From Geosiphon pyriformis uo1 (Eukaryota; Fungi; Glomeromycota), in contig JAAOMT010000703.1 of NCBI GenBank assembly GCA_016748015.1, forward strand, positions 124,001-188,000: DNA of 64,000 nucleotides. The letters run 5' to 3'. The notes beneath the pieces were generated by a model that saw only the letters and a list, made by a program, of their open reading frames with translations, ran no database searches and had not been told where the DNA came from. Shown here in pieces: positions 1 through 14,100 of the stretch. Every line of letters begins with the position of its first letter. Positions within the stretch are counted from its first letter, which is position 1. Both the position numbers and the translations under genes were made by a program.

Positions 1-130
1 TTCTGGTAACCTAACAAGATAATGTTAATATTTAAAACTTAGGGGCAGCTTCCTTTTTTTACCAGACTATCACAAAGTCTATTCTCAGACAGTCGATTTT
101 ACTATGTTGCCGCTGCACAAAAAAAATAAG

Positions 131-162
<32 letters not shown>

Positions 163-809
163 AAAAAAAAGAAAAAAAAGATAAATTAGTATTGTCAATC
201 GCTGTAATCAAGAGTGATTGGTCCAAATTGTTGATTATTCAAGGCAGTTATGCTAAGAGCATCTGTTCTAGAACAAAGATATAAGACAAGAGTTAATTCA
301 CATAAATTTCACAAAGTTTGGGAACATAAATTTATGACTCTAATTTCTTTAATAATTGGTTTATTTCAAAAGATGAAAAATAGAGAAGATAATAAATGAT
401 AAAGGGGTATGGATATTTTATTCTTGTTTAGAGGTTCATATCTATTTGTCTGTCTGTTTTTTCTAACTTCTACAACTACTTGCTTTTATATATTCTTTTG
501 GTTTTACAGGATTGCTTTCAATTGTCTCACTATCACTAGCTATTGCTTTGTTATTTTTGTTATTGCTTTGTTTTTCTACATTATTGCTAGTTATTCTATG
601 TTATAACACATTATCTGACATTATTACATGTTATTCTGTGTTATTCTGTATTATAACATGTTATCCTATGTTATTGCGCACTATTCTGTGTTATCCTGCA
701 TTATAACACATTATCTTATGTTATAATGCATTATCCAACATTATTGTGCTATTCTGTATTATGTCACGTTTTTTTTTAACTTTGGATTGGTTTTTCTACT
801 CAGGTAACA
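1..809 (-). mobile_element. Partial LTR (family C, cut by the window edge) inserted into the endonuclease region of a LINE
   Basis: Ends ...GGTAACA at 809, exactly where LINE ORF2 homology stops. Shares the block tagtattgtcaatcgctgtaatcaagagtgattg with the family-A LTR block tagtatcccgtcaatagccataatcaagagctattg. Has a TATA-like tract at ~485-493, a tandem-repeat block, and CCAAT (minus) at 786-790, the same layout as other LTRs here. Confidence 0.55.
580..768. repeat. Degenerate ~10-11 bp tandem repeat (gttattctgt / gttataacac) in the putative U3 of LTR C
   Basis: Directly visible repeated units. Confidence 0.8.
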
Positions 810-3800
810 ACACATAACAAACCAAAAAATTGTTCATAATAATGGCCGTTTTAGCACCAAAAAAACTTTTTTTCAAACCAAATATGAATATCTGCATTTT
901 TTCAAATTTATTAATAATCCATAATTTGATATTAGACCTTAATTTTGTTTTTGTAATAAAAGAAACTATATTAACCAAATTTATATGCCAATAAACAACA
1001 TCTTCTTATTTTGCAAGAACATTGATACCTTGAACATTATACATGGCAAATTTCCAAACCAGATTAGTTATTAAGAAGAAAGATAATACTAGAGAATTTG
1101 AGTTCATACACAATAAATCCAACTTTACCAAAATCAAGTTTACAAAAGTGTTAAAAACCACCAGTTTTGATTCTAGACTACCAACTTTGACAGTAAAAAT
1201 CTTTGAACTACTTAAACCTAAATTCACAATCTTATTCTTTATAGCTAAAGCCAAAAAAAAAGGAAATGATTATTAGTTATTTAAAATTATATTCAAATCT
1301 GATGGCAATAATTTTAAAACAGAAACAACTGAAAACACAACACAAAAGAAAGATACTAGAAGCACCAGCACCATATTATTTAGTTTATGCACAATATTTG
1401 ATATCTGATTGGCCAAGAGCTCTAAGGAATACTTTAAAGAAATAAGATAACTAACAATAGATAAATTATCTTGAACAATTAACAAATTTTTCTTGACATG
1501 TAGAATACCAAAAAAGTAAAAACCAGAGCCAAAACCAGACTACAAATTATTATCAGAAAAAATAGTAAGCATGACCATCTAAGTCCAAGATTTGCCACCA
1601 AATAAAACTGAACAAGCAATCAGTACTTGTTTTTTCTTATATATATTGGTTAGACAAGTCTAATCTTGAAAAATCACTATTTGTTTACTACAAGCACCAA
1701 AATTTTTACCCATTAAATACACACCAGAAGCATAACCAAATTGTTTGTATTGTGTACAACAAGCCAAAAAAAGACCAACCCAATATAAATTTACATCTTT
1801 AAAAATCAGAACAGAACTAATAACAGCCAACTTGAATGTTTTATCAAAAAAACAAATTATCACACACCTATTATGTGTATATAAACTCGGATTATGGCCA
1901 ATAAAGCAAGTTTTCTCACCATAAGATTCCAACAAATTAGAAAAATTGTGAGTAGTTATTCCAACAGGCAAAGTATATAACAAAGCCTGATGTTAATCTT
2001 TTAATATTTATAATTGTTTATTATAAACAACCAAAGTCATATGTATTAAATCTTTTCCTATAAGTACCAACTACTTAGAAGCAACTAAATTGGCTATATC
2101 TACTGACTCAAATTTAATAAAAGCTTTTTGCCAAAGACCAATTAATTAGAATTTAATTAAAACAATTTTATCAAATTTAAAAAAAACCAACTCTATTGCT
2201 AATTTGAAAAAATCTACAGAGATCTTTTTGATGACTATTTTTCAATCTGTATAGTCATTTGTTTTTTTTATATTATTATTAACAAAAACTTTTTTGCTAA
2301 TTGCTATTTCCTTAGTATTATTCAATTTCAATTCAAATATAAAAGACAATTTAATAATTTCTGGAAATTTTGAGAGAATGAAAGTTCTTCCAAAACCATC
2401 TACATGATAGAAAATTTTTTTAATACACAATAATTTATTACTGGAAGTTTTATTGAACACTGCAAAAAAGTTAATATCTAACATAAAAAATTTAGCTGAA
2501 TTAAAACTCTGTTTTTCCAAAACACATAATCTGGACACTAGAATCTGTTTGAAACTATTGAATTTAGGTAATGAAAGCATCAATATATTATTATTGTTAC
2601 TCAAATTAGTAGACAAAGGAGCTTTCAGTAGTTGATCTAACATATATGTTCAAATGTATGTTTTTTATGGTGTGATGTTATTTATGATCTCATTAACCAC
2701 CAAATTATTTGAGTTTGTATTGCTTATTTCCTTGGTGTTATTCATAGAATATAAGAATTATATATTAATACATAAATTAGCCAATCAGAATAGACATAGT
2801 AAAAGTAAAATTCCAAAATTCTTCTTAGAGGAATTGCAGGATTTTAGAATTACAGAATTTCTGTATGAAAAATTGCAGAATTCCTGGCTAAAAAATTAAG
2901 GAATTCAAGGAATTTTGTACAATAAAATTTATGTATATATAGTGATAATATTAGAAGCAGAAAAAACAGAATTTTTAGTTTAGAACTATTTTTTTATACA
3001 ATAGTATTTTATAACTTGAAGTAGAAATATTAAATATCAATAAAATACTTATTATTATTGCAATCTATTTTTTTATTATCAACAATTCATGTTGATAATT
3101 GCAAATACTTAACTATACTAAACTATTAGCTCTTAATTATGATTATTAATGGGATATTAACTTTTTTTTGTCTTGGCTTATCTCTTTATTTATTTATTTT
3201 TTCTTTTGTTTTGTTTATTATTTACTAATTGATTAAAAATTAATGCACAGAGTTACTAATGTCAAAGGGACTGGTAAAAGATCTATGAAACAAAAATAAA
3301 ACATTTATAATTAAGGATAGCTTACCAAAAGGATTACTGGCCACTATACTAAGAAAAAAATTTGATAGAATTGCAATTCTGGAAAGCTACAGATAAAACA
3401 ACACTTAAATCTCTGTCTATTATACACAAAACTTAACCAAAACCTTCAAATATAAAACTTTCAGATCATGAAAACCTTCAGATATTACCAATTATATCAG
3501 CTATTAAGCATCAAGTTATAGATTTGTTATTTTTCAACTACTTAAATAAGCACTTGTAATATTAACAACCATGTTTCTTATATTCTTAATATCTAATAGA
3601 TTGCTAATACTACTAGTCTTACTATCAACATTATTTTTCTAAGATATCACAGATTTTTTACCAGCACTAATAACATTCTCAAGACTCAAAGAACCAGCAG
3701 ACAAATCAATTATACCAATATCTATTACAGACTTTTTTGGTTTCTTATGAGATGTATTGTAAGAATACATACTCTCTACATATTTTTTTTGCATTTAGAC

Positions 3801-3980
3801 AGGTTTTCAAACCAGCTAAAACCAAGCCAAAATCATCAACAGATAAGTTCATTAGTTTTATTATAACAAAAGAGAGTGTATTAGAAAAAATAACTTGAAA
3901 AAACAAAAAGAAAAAGAAAAGCAAAATTTTGAAAAATTTTTCTTGCTCTTATTGTGATTAAAAAATTGACAAAAAAAAAT
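810..3980 (-). mobile_element. LINE copy 1: 5' UTR, ORF1 and start of ORF2 (APE); heavily decayed, split by a solo LTR
   Basis: Fragments LYTLPVGITTHNFSNLLESYGEKTCFIG, SKFPEIIKLSF and WKFAMYNVQGINVLAK match LINE copy 2. The ORF1 N-terminus (KKKYVESMYSYN) resumes at 3570-3850 beyond the LTR. Confidence 0.85.
2736..3561 (+). mobile_element. Solo LTR, family A
   Basis: Runs TGTTATTCATAG...TGTAATA and is colinear with LTR 62621-63446. Flanks are TTGG/TTAA (4-bp TSD with G>A decay). Removing it restores the LINE ORF1 frame RNMVAKEIS. Confidence 0.85.
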
Positions 3981-4236
3981 AATAATTAATTTATAATTAT
4001 TACTATTTAAAATTCACAATTTTGATTAATATTTTAAAATTAATTAGTTATTAATTTTAGCAATTACTTAGTTAATTTTAAATCTAAAACAATTTTTTTT
4101 ATTTTTTATTTTTATTACGTTTAATGAGTGAGGTCCAAATGCAATCTAGAACTATACATTATATAAATGATCTAAACTAGAAGCAAATTATGCTTTTTCT
4201 ACATGTGACCAGCCACTCAGACCAATCAGAACAATA

Positions 4237-7200
4237 CTACGCACCTATCTTAACAGAGACAAAATCTCCCTAAACCTGAAAAAAACAAACAAGGTTTACA
4301 AAAACCAAAACCAACACCAAAAGTCTTAACAACACCCAACAACCTGATCACACCAGCCGAAAGCATCATAGATAAACCAGAAACCAGGGCAGGAATAGAA
4401 CCATCATGAGAAATAAGTCTATACCTCTCCATAAAAGCTCAGTGTTTGGCATGGACCAGCCAAAATTCATCACAAAATATGAAACAAAACTTGTGCACAA
4501 AACACACAATATTTGAAGCCACAATCTTAGCATTTTTAAAGACTGAAAAGAATTCATAGTACCAATCATTAAAAACAAAACCCTTACACAGAGTAGTACT
4601 AATTGTAGCATCGGAAAAACAAGAGGCCAACAACTGCGAGACACACAAAGTAGATTGAGAGAGACCAAACCGTGTTTCCCAAAAAGACGCATGAGCATCT
4701 AACAACCAAGCATGACTAGCAGCATCAAAAAGACAAATGAAAACATGGTCCAAGAATTCTACATTACCACAAAACAAACACACCATACTGGGGTAGCACT
4801 TATCATACAAATACTTACGCACAGTGACAGAAAGCTGATGATAGAGAGATTTTATAAAGTATGTTTGAAGACCAGCAGTATGTGCACTAGTAAAACCAGC
4901 AGCCAAGTGAGAATCAAGGTGCCAAACCAAAGAAGACTTAAACCAGTTAACACCATTGTGCAAACCAGCTGCCAAGATTTGGGAACCAGAACCAACCTCC
5001 CAATGCACATAAAGAATAGACCGAAACACATCACAAACAAAGTGTCTAGAATTTCCAGAAACCACATTGCTCCCAGCCCTCAAAAAATGTTCACTGACCA
5101 AATATGGCAAATGCCAAGTAGAGAGCACTGCATCCTTAACAAGCTCATTCACATGCTTATTGCCTGAAATGTCCGAATGACTCTTAACTTTAATCCAATT
5201 CACAGTTAAATTCTTATGACAAACTACATTAGCAATATGGCAATACTCTATCCAACAACAATTCCTAAAGTCTGAATGAGCCAATAATGATTCCAACTTG
5301 CACACATCTAAAGCAATTTGGCTGTCTGAGAACAAATCAACTGCATGAGAAGAAGGAACACATTCAAGAGCCAAAGCAATGGTCTGCAATTCAGATATAG
5401 TAGAAGAAACCAAACCAGACACCCCTATACCTAAACCAGAATTAATGTCCTCAAAAAAGACTGCAGTCCCAGCTTTCATGGCAACACTTCTCAAACCACT
5501 TAGAGACCCATCTGTGTACACAAAAAGATGGGCAGCATCAGTAGCTAACAGATTATCACAGATAACACCAAAATCATGAGATTGACAAACATCAAACAAA
5601 GCGGAATTTTTCACAAGAGAAGAACATGCAGAAGAAGAAGCAACACCACCAAAAAAACACACAGAAAGATCAAACCAGAAAGGAATCAGACCATGGGAGT
5701 CCAATCTCTTCCAACACTTGAATGTCCGCCAACTGAAAACAACACCATTTCGATCATGTAATTGTTTCACAAAAGCAATACCATATTGCTTGAGTGAAGA
5801 AACACATTTTAGAAAATTGATTTTACTAAGTACAAGAGACATAAGAGTACCATCCCAACAACGGAAAGCACAGGCCAGAGACCCACCCAGAGATAGATAA
5901 CATCCAAAAAAAATATGAACCACATCTGCTAAGAAATTATTTGAAGAACTGACACTAACACGAGCCAGAAACAGCAAGAGGTGATGAGAATGCCAGCTGA
6001 GAACCTAGAGGTCATGAGACCTGTGAGAAAATAAGCAGCCCAAAATACCAACCAAATTTACAAAAGCAATAACAGTTAGGTAAGGGGTCTCAACCCAGCA
6101 GTTGATGGGAATAGCCATGGTTTTGTTATTGTTAATCGAAATATCATTAATCCTAAAGAACTCACTAGCAATGTCCAAAATGTGTTGTGTAGTGGCCTGG
6201 CTGCTACCAATCCAGATGGTATTATCAATAAAAACACCAGCAGCAAAAAATGATGTCAACCCAGCCTAAGATTTTACATGACCAGTATTGGAGACAAGAT
6301 GCGAATTCAATCTGTAACCACACACTTCCTCTTGCCTCTTGATCTCACACATAAGTGAATCATAAAATATGCACTAGAGAAGTGGTGAGAAAACTTCACC
6401 CTGTTCCTGCGATTATTGTGAATGCTACCAAAAAACCTAATGAATCTGCTACACATTTTAATCCTGATCAAACTCCTCTCGAGATGTTCCCAACCAACCA
6501 AGTCATATGCTTTGCGCATGTTTTATAAAACCAGCCACAGCTCTCTGTTTTTTTCCAAGACATCCTTGACCACAGAACCAATGGCAAAAATGGGCGACTG
6601 TATTGTCATACTCTTTAAAACAGAAAAATTGTTCCTTTGTAAAACATCAAACTCACTGCAAGCTGAAGATATTCTGTCTGATAAGATTTTAAAGAGGATC
6701 TTGCAGGCTGTTTCAATCAAAGCAATAAAATAGGTGTTCATAAGAACACCTTTTCATTCATAGGGTTTAGGAATCATCGAAACCCAGGCTTCCCTCCAAG
6801 GTCCAGGCACTGACTCACAAACCAGGCAGAGATTCAAAAACACCAAAAGCATATCCAAAACCACTCTGTTACAATGCTTTCATAATTCATTAGAGATGTC
6901 AGAAAGACCAGCTGCTTTTCCATTAGACAAGCTCGAAATGACACTAAACATCTCACCAAAACTAATTGATTTCATGACACCAGAGAAAGCACCATCAAAA
7001 ACATAGTCCAAAAGCCGAAATTGACATTTTCAATCATCAGAGAAATCCGAAACCACCAACTGTCTCTTAGTCTATCCCTCCATAATCCCATCCACTTTAG
7101 ATTTAACCAGCTCAGGTTCCAAAACCAACTTATCATCTACTACCAAATAATCCAAAACTATCTTATGAAATGAATACTTCAAAACACTTCTGATAGTATG

Positions 7201-8478
7201 ACTCTTATTTAACTCAAAACTCTCCATTCTACTCTTAATGGCCTGTCTTATATGAGATTCCTTAGCACACTTAGATTCCAGCATCTTAGAAAAGCAGTAA
7301 GACTTCCTTGCCTTAGCCAGCTTAGAGCGAATATCATCAAAACCAGACTCTGAAAGGAAAAAAAACTTCACCAATAAAGTGTCAACAGAGTCAAGCCTGT
7401 CTCACATATTCAACAACAAAGCAAAATCACCTCTAGAAGTCAAACGGAAAGCCTTTACCAGCTTAGAAACCAGCAACTCCAGCTTATGAAACCTAGAAAA
7501 CACCTTATTGAAAACACTGTCAAAATCTTTGAACCACTTTTTCTTGAAAGTTCCATTTGCTGAAAGAATCATAATTTTGCGAATAATGTCCCACATTGCA
7601 TCCAAATCCAAAAATTTCCCAGCCGCAACAAACACATCTGAGAACATAGAGACATTGGCAGCCGTACCATCTCTGAACTCAGCCCACTTCAACTCATTCA
7701 TATCCTTGACATCAAACTTCCAGCAATTTTTGTTGGCCTGCTTACATATTGAGGAAAGCCTTATGTCCAACAAACCACCCAGACCCACAGAAACAAAAAC
7801 AGCCTTATAATCAGTGTCAAAAAAATCATCAACATTTAACATGCCACAATTCATGATCGCATTAATCAAGTTATAAGAAAAAAACACATAATTAATTGTC
7901 TTAGCAACACCATAAAAATTGTACTAAGTTGGTAACTTAGCAAGAGAGCTTCCACCCAAAGAGTTGACCAAACCCAAATCAAAGCACTTCTTGAAACTGG
8001 TGCACTTGTGAGATCCGTTTTCATTGAAGTCACCACCAAAAATAACAAAGGAGGATTCATTCACAGCTCTAACGATAAGAAAATTAATTTCTTTAGCCTG
8101 AGAAAAATAAACTGTCAAAGAGGCACCAGCATACAGCCCCAAAATGGAAACAGAGAGTCTGTTTCTGAAAAGCAATTTCACTAACAGGAGCCGACCAGGC
8201 ACTTCTAGAACCTTGCACACATGTTTCATTAGAGATGAGTCTATAATAATTGCAACACCAGATCCCATGTGACCAAAATCCAGACCTGAAGTAAAAACAC
8301 GAACACCAGCAAACCTATCTGCAATCCAGGAGTGGATCTTTCTCTTCAACTTTGTTTTAGTAACAACAGAAATCAGATTGTTCATATCATTATGCCAATG
8401 TACAATGTCCACCTATTTCGCACAATTGTTCATCTCTCTAATATTGTATGTAGCAATCTTCCAAGTAAACTTACTTAT
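4237..8478 (-). pseudogene. LINE ORF2: APE endonuclease - reverse transcriptase - RNase H - C-terminal Zn finger (stops, frameshifts, internal deletions)
   Basis: APE motifs WKIATYN and GGDFNE; RT motifs IALIETACKIL, MRKAYDLVGW and AAGVFIDNTIW; RNase H motifs VYTDGS, ELQTIALALE, FSDSQ and WIKVKSHSDISGN; Zn finger CLFC...DHVFIC. Confidence 0.92.
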
Positions 8479-10409
8479 TGAGAAGGGGGTTGTGGAAGTG
8501 TACCAGCAGCCAAAGCCAAGCTGTCAAAATAAGCAGACAAACTCAGCACCGAAGCAGCAAAGTCTTCTAACATATTTTCTAACTTGACAACATGAGGAAA
8601 CATGGAAGAGTTCTTTACAGTATAAGTAGCAGTAACAGTAGCAGCAACAGTCTCATCACAAGTGGACTCACCCGAACCCACTTCTATTACTATATTTTTC
8701 CCTTGATTTTGTGACAGAGAGGTCACTGGCAGCTAACATTCAGGGCTCAGCTGGGGAACTGCTGGCACAAATGACTCCAACCTCTTAGCCAACTCACCAA
8801 ATTGTCCCGTGAAGCTGACAAGACTGCTTTCAATGCTAACCAACCATTTTTCCAAATCATTCACAACAAGAGGAAGAGGTTTATTATTATCAATAAAACC
8901 AGAAGAAAGAACTTGTCGATGAGAAGAAACACCAGAAGGAGCACCAACCACTGACACCCAAGTTCTTCCACCAAACAAGGCTGGGTGAGAAACAGGAGCT
9001 GATTTCTTTTTATAAATTACAGCCAAACAAACACAATCCTGATCAGAAACCACTCATTTTCCACGAACTCCAGAACTCCTACTCACAGAGCAGTTGGCAG
9101 TAATATGACCAAATTGTGTATACTGTGTGCAATATGCCAAGCAAAAACCAGCCAAGCGCAAATTCACACTCTTGAAAACTGGAATCAAACCAACAGCAGC
9201 CAACTTGGATGCCTCATTCTTAAAACAGATTACAGCACACTGATCATGAACATACAAGGAAGGATTACGGCCAATAAAACAAGTCTTCCCATCATATGAC
9301 TCAAGTAAACCAGAGAGATTATAAGCTGTAGTGCCAACAGATAAGGTATACAACAATGTCCGATGTTGATCTCTCAATACCCACATTTGTTTATTCTCTA
9401 CAGCCAAAGCCACATGCACAGAATTTTTTCCCACCAGAACAAACCACTTGAAAGCAACCTGGTTGGCAACTTCAGCTGACTCAAACTCTACTAGGGCCTT
9501 TTGCCAAAGACCAATTAACTGCATCCTGACCAATTTGACTGCACCAAACTTGGAAAACACAGTCTCTATTGCTGATTTGGGAAGATTGACAGGAATTTTC
9601 TTGACTATCACTACCCAATCTGAATGGATGTTTACTCTTCTTAGATCATCATTAACCAAAATTTTTTTACTGATTGCCAATTCCTTTGCCTTATTCAGGC
9701 TCATCTCAGAAATAAAAAATAATCTGATAATCTCTGGAAATTTTGAGGGAATAGAGGCTCTCCCAAAACCATTCACTTAATAAAAAATTTTTTTCACACA
9801 AATCAACTTATTACCAACAGTTTTCCCAGAAACAGCAGAAAGTTTAATATCCAATGCAAAAGATTTTACCGAAATAAAACTCCAAATCTCCCGATCACAT
9901 GACACAACTGGTGGCAACTAATTGGATCCATTGAATGTGCGAGGAAGGAGCTCCAAAACGTTGTCAGCACCACCCATATCAACAAAAAAAGGCTGCTTAG
10001 ACAGGTGTTCAAATACGTATGTTTTTGTTTTCAAATTCTTTGGCATAGCATTATCTATTAGTTTGTCATCCCTAGAAGTGTCAGAATTGACGTAGCTTGT
10101 TTCTTCTACAATCATGTTCCTCATGTTCTTGACGTCAAAAGTCCTGTTAACACTCAATTCCTCGCTATTCATTTTGCTATTCCAAGATTTTTTTCAATCA
10201 TCAATGCTATCATGTAGCATGTTCACAGACAAAAAGCCAGCCGACAAATTCACAACAATACCAGAATCATCAAGTTTCTTCACTTTCTTATAAGATGGAC
10301 TATGAGTGTAAACACTCTCAATGCATGTCTTCTTTTTAGTGCCAGACTGGGTCCCCACACCAGCCAAACCAGATGCTAACCCACCAGCAGAAGAGCCTAC
10401 TGGATCCAT
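8475..10409 (-). pseudogene. LINE ORF1 (gag-like nucleic-acid-binding protein: RRM-like repeats, CCHC knuckle, coiled coil)
   Basis: Starts MDPVGSSAGG. RRM-like segment VIVKKIPVNLPKSAIETVFSKFG...ALVEFES. CTQYTQFGHITANC is a decayed CX2CX4HX4C. Heptad-like LEKWLVSIESSLVSF. Confidence 0.8.
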
Positions 10410-11109
10410 TGATGTGAACAGGGTTGTATGTAAAGAAATAACTGAAGGAAACAGAAAGGAATATGGGAAAAGAAAGATATTTCTTTGACTACTCTATGCT
10501 CTCGTTATGGTCAAGGGATCAACAAAAGAAAGAGTTTTCTAGTGTAATATAATCTATTATTTTTTTTTTATTATATTATTAAATAGTTTATAATTAATTT
10601 TTATAGCAAAATAATTACATATTATTAAAAAGCTTACAGTCAAAAATTCTTGTAAAAAAGTTAATTTTTACTATAAAATAACTGCACAAAATAATTAATA
10701 TAGAATTAATTATTTTATTATAAACTTAATAACAATAATAGTTTAAAAAGATATTTTAAAAATAAATTAACTTATTAAAAATTTATTAATATTAATATTA
10801 TCTCAAAAAACAACTAAAATTATTAGTAATAATATTTAAAAAAAATAATTAACTCTAAATATATAAAAACTTAATGGTTTTATTGCAAACCAATTCAAAA
10901 AAATTATATATTATTAAACTTAAAAAAAATTATATAAGCAATTTTTTTATTATTAATAAAAGTTGTAAAATTTATATCAATAAAAAAAAAATTAACATAA
11001 ATAAAAAATTTTATTATAAATATTATTAATAAACTTATAAATATTTTAGAAAATACTATTATTAAATATATTAAAACAAAATTAAAAAATGTGTTAATTT
11101 TACAAAAAA

Positions 11110-14100
11110 ACTTTTTTCTTTTTTTTGTCCCAAATTTCCAAAAAAAAGTTAGAAAATTTTTATGAAAAAAAGTTTTTTACAATTCAATACAACAAATTCA
11201 AATGTTTTCTGCTTGATTATAAGGCCACTGTTGGCTATAATATTGCTATAATAAAAAAGTCTATTAAAAGTTTTGTTGCTAATACTATTAGTGAAAATAT
11301 TGCTTCTAGAAAAAAAAGAAAAAGGGGTGTTCTAAAAGATAGTATTGCTTATGAAGTGGTTTTGTGTAAAAAAGTGGTTGGTAGTTCTTGGGGGTCTAAA
11401 GCTGGTAATACCACTAAATCTGATAGTGTCAATATAAAAGAGGAGTGTATAATTGAAAAGACCAGTATAGATTATGGGGAAAGAAATGTGTTCAATAAGA
11501 CTGACTTCAACCAAACACCAAAGGGTCTGAGATTGGTGACAAAAAAAGCTTTAGATATACTATTAAGAAAAATCAATTTTTTGGATGATGTGGATAATAA
11601 TGATATTTTTTTGGATGTTTTTGTGGTTCTCTTTTCACTATTAAAGAATCTGGTTAATGTGTCTGTTAGGAAGTTATTTGCTTTGGATATTGGTTTGGAC
11701 AAAGTAGTTAAGAAATCTTCTTAAGAAAAGTTGTTAATAGTCAGAAAATTATTTTCAAAGATCAATAGTTTTAGAAAAGCCTCTACTCCCTCAAAATTTT
11801 TTGGGATCATCAGAGTGATGTTTACTTCTGAATCAAGTTTAGCACAGACTATGGAAAAAACAAGAATGACAAATATTCTGGTAAATACTAATCTGAAAAA
11901 ATCTGTGATACATTCAGATTGAACTGTAATAGTAAAAAAAATTCTTGTTAGAACATTGGCTAAGACTGTGCACTGTGCTTTTTGAGTTTGGTTTTGTTAT
12001 GTTAATCAAGATGTAATTGGTGAGGCTATAGCAAAAGGCTGTAGTGCAGTTTATCCAATCAGATTAGGCTAATTTGGTCGCAGATAGATGGTCCATCTTA
12101 ATTGGGAAAGATGCCATAAGAGTAGCTAAAGCTAATATAGACAAGGAATCATGAGATATAAGAGATCAGCATAGAATATTGCTCTATATACTGCCAATGA
12201 ACACCAATGCTCATAACATCTGGAACTTCATTGGTTCTGTGGATGAGAAAACATGTATCATCAATTGATACTCTGTTATGTATACCCAAGCCAGATGTGC
12301 TGTTGTTTGTTTTGATTCGGTTGATTTACTAGATGCTGTCATAAGAACCACTCCAGTTCTGAAAAGTGTTAATCTGTGTTGGTTATGGTTGGAATATTCC
12401 AAATACACTAAGTATGAGAAAACAAAATATATATTATTGGACTGTTTTTTTGGTAAAAAAAATTTTTTTGGTGCTCTTTTTCATAGAATGCTATCTGCAG
12501 ACAATAAAAACAGACTGGTTATTATCTATGCCAAGCATTTGGCACCAATAGCTCATTTTTTCTCTTTTGATAGTATTTCTTGGACTAAAGTTGTTAGTAA
12601 GTCTTCTTTTCTTCCTCTTCTTGCTAGTAGTAATTCATCTAGTTTTGGCTCTTCTTTAAAGATAAAGCCTATTCCATTGGTGTCTATGATATTGAATAAT
12701 AGGTTAACCACTCTTAAGTGCAGTCTTGCCAGTTTCGCAGAGTGTATAGATAAGCTGGTTAAGAAATTAGATACACTTAAGCCAATGGTTTTTTAGTTTA
12801 GCTTTGAATATTAGCCATTGGTGATCTCTTTATTACATAATCAAAAGGTAAATATAGTAATAAGTAAGAGTTTAGGTGTGACTACTAGTGGTAAGACTGT
12901 AATAGAAGTAGCAGTTGTTGACCAATCTGCAATTTCAAAAATAGAAATAACATTAAAGAATCTCTCAGATATTATTATAAGTCTAATGGCTAAAGTAAAC
13001 AATAGTGATTTGGTGTCTAGCACCTGTCCTCCTCAATAATAAACTTTATTTGAAAGATTGCTACTTGTAATGTTAAAGGCATTAATATGCCTGCTAAGCA
13101 AAAAAATGTGATGTATTGACATATAGATTCTAACAATATGGTTTCTATAGTCACTAAGACAAAACTTAAATCTAATACTTAGTCATAGATTACAAATAAG
13201 TTTGGTGGTATTCAAGTCTTTATGTCTGGTTTGAACACAAAGTTTTTTGGTGCTAGTGTAGCTATAATCATGAACAATTCTTTGGCTCAGCATGTTTTGA
13301 AAGTAGAGAAGATTTCTGGCCAATTAATATTAATGTGTCTATTGTTTAAGAACAGACTTTTAGTTTTTATTTTGGGTTTATATGCTGAAACTTCTGCTAG
13401 CATGCAGTTTTTTCAGGCTTCAGACATTAACTTTATGATTTCCAAAGTAGCTAATTCTAGTTCTTTTGTTGTTTTGGGTAGTAACTTCAATGAGAATAGC
13501 ACCAAAAAAAGTGTGAGTTTCAATAAGTGCTCAGAAATTGGCCTTGTAAATTCATTTAAAGAATATTCTTTGGTTAAAGTTTCTACATAATACAACTCTA
13601 AAGGATCTGAAAAAGTTATTGATTACATTTTTGTCTCTGAAAATTTGGTTTTAACTGTTATAGCACATGAGGTTGACATTGTGTCTGAATTTTTTGATAT
13701 TAACCACAAAACAGTATTGGTTTCGGTCAGATTGGATGGTTTTTTGAATATAAGTCTTAATAATATTAGGAAACAAGCAAACAAGAACTGTTGGAAGTTC
13801 AATTTCAGAAATGCTGATAGTGCTAAATAAAGATGCTTCAAAAACAGTGTTTCAGATGGACTTTTATGTAAGTTGGAAGGATTTGTTAACACTAAAGCTT
13901 TTGGTAATTTGGATGGGATGTGGAAGATTATAAGAGAGATAATAGTAAAATCAGCTAATACTGTTTTTTCTAAACTGTGGTTCTGTGAGTTTGACTGACA
14001 AAAATTTGGACAGTTATCAAAGTTTTTTGGTTTGGAATTGCTTGTTGCCAAAGTTACTAAAGCATTAAAAGTGAATAATAAGCTTGAATACAGGTGTCTT

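Larger units (their letters stand above)
4092..10545 (-). mobile_element. LINE copy 2, near full length, with an A-rich 3' tail
   Basis: ORF1 and ORF2 remnants are colinear. (TAAAAA)n-like tail at ~4092-4116; conserved 3' UTR motif at ~4160-4235. Confidence 0.92.

Noticed and set aside
118-180. (A9G)n tract as a retroposed poly(A) tail
   Set aside because: It lies at the position of the A-rich tract found inside the family-A LTRs, so it is an expanded internal microsatellite
409-706. Short hydrophobic ORFs as membrane peptides (also many short antisense ORFs across the window)
   Set aside because: They arise from T-rich LTR repeats or the reverse strand of TE coding sequence, with no independent support
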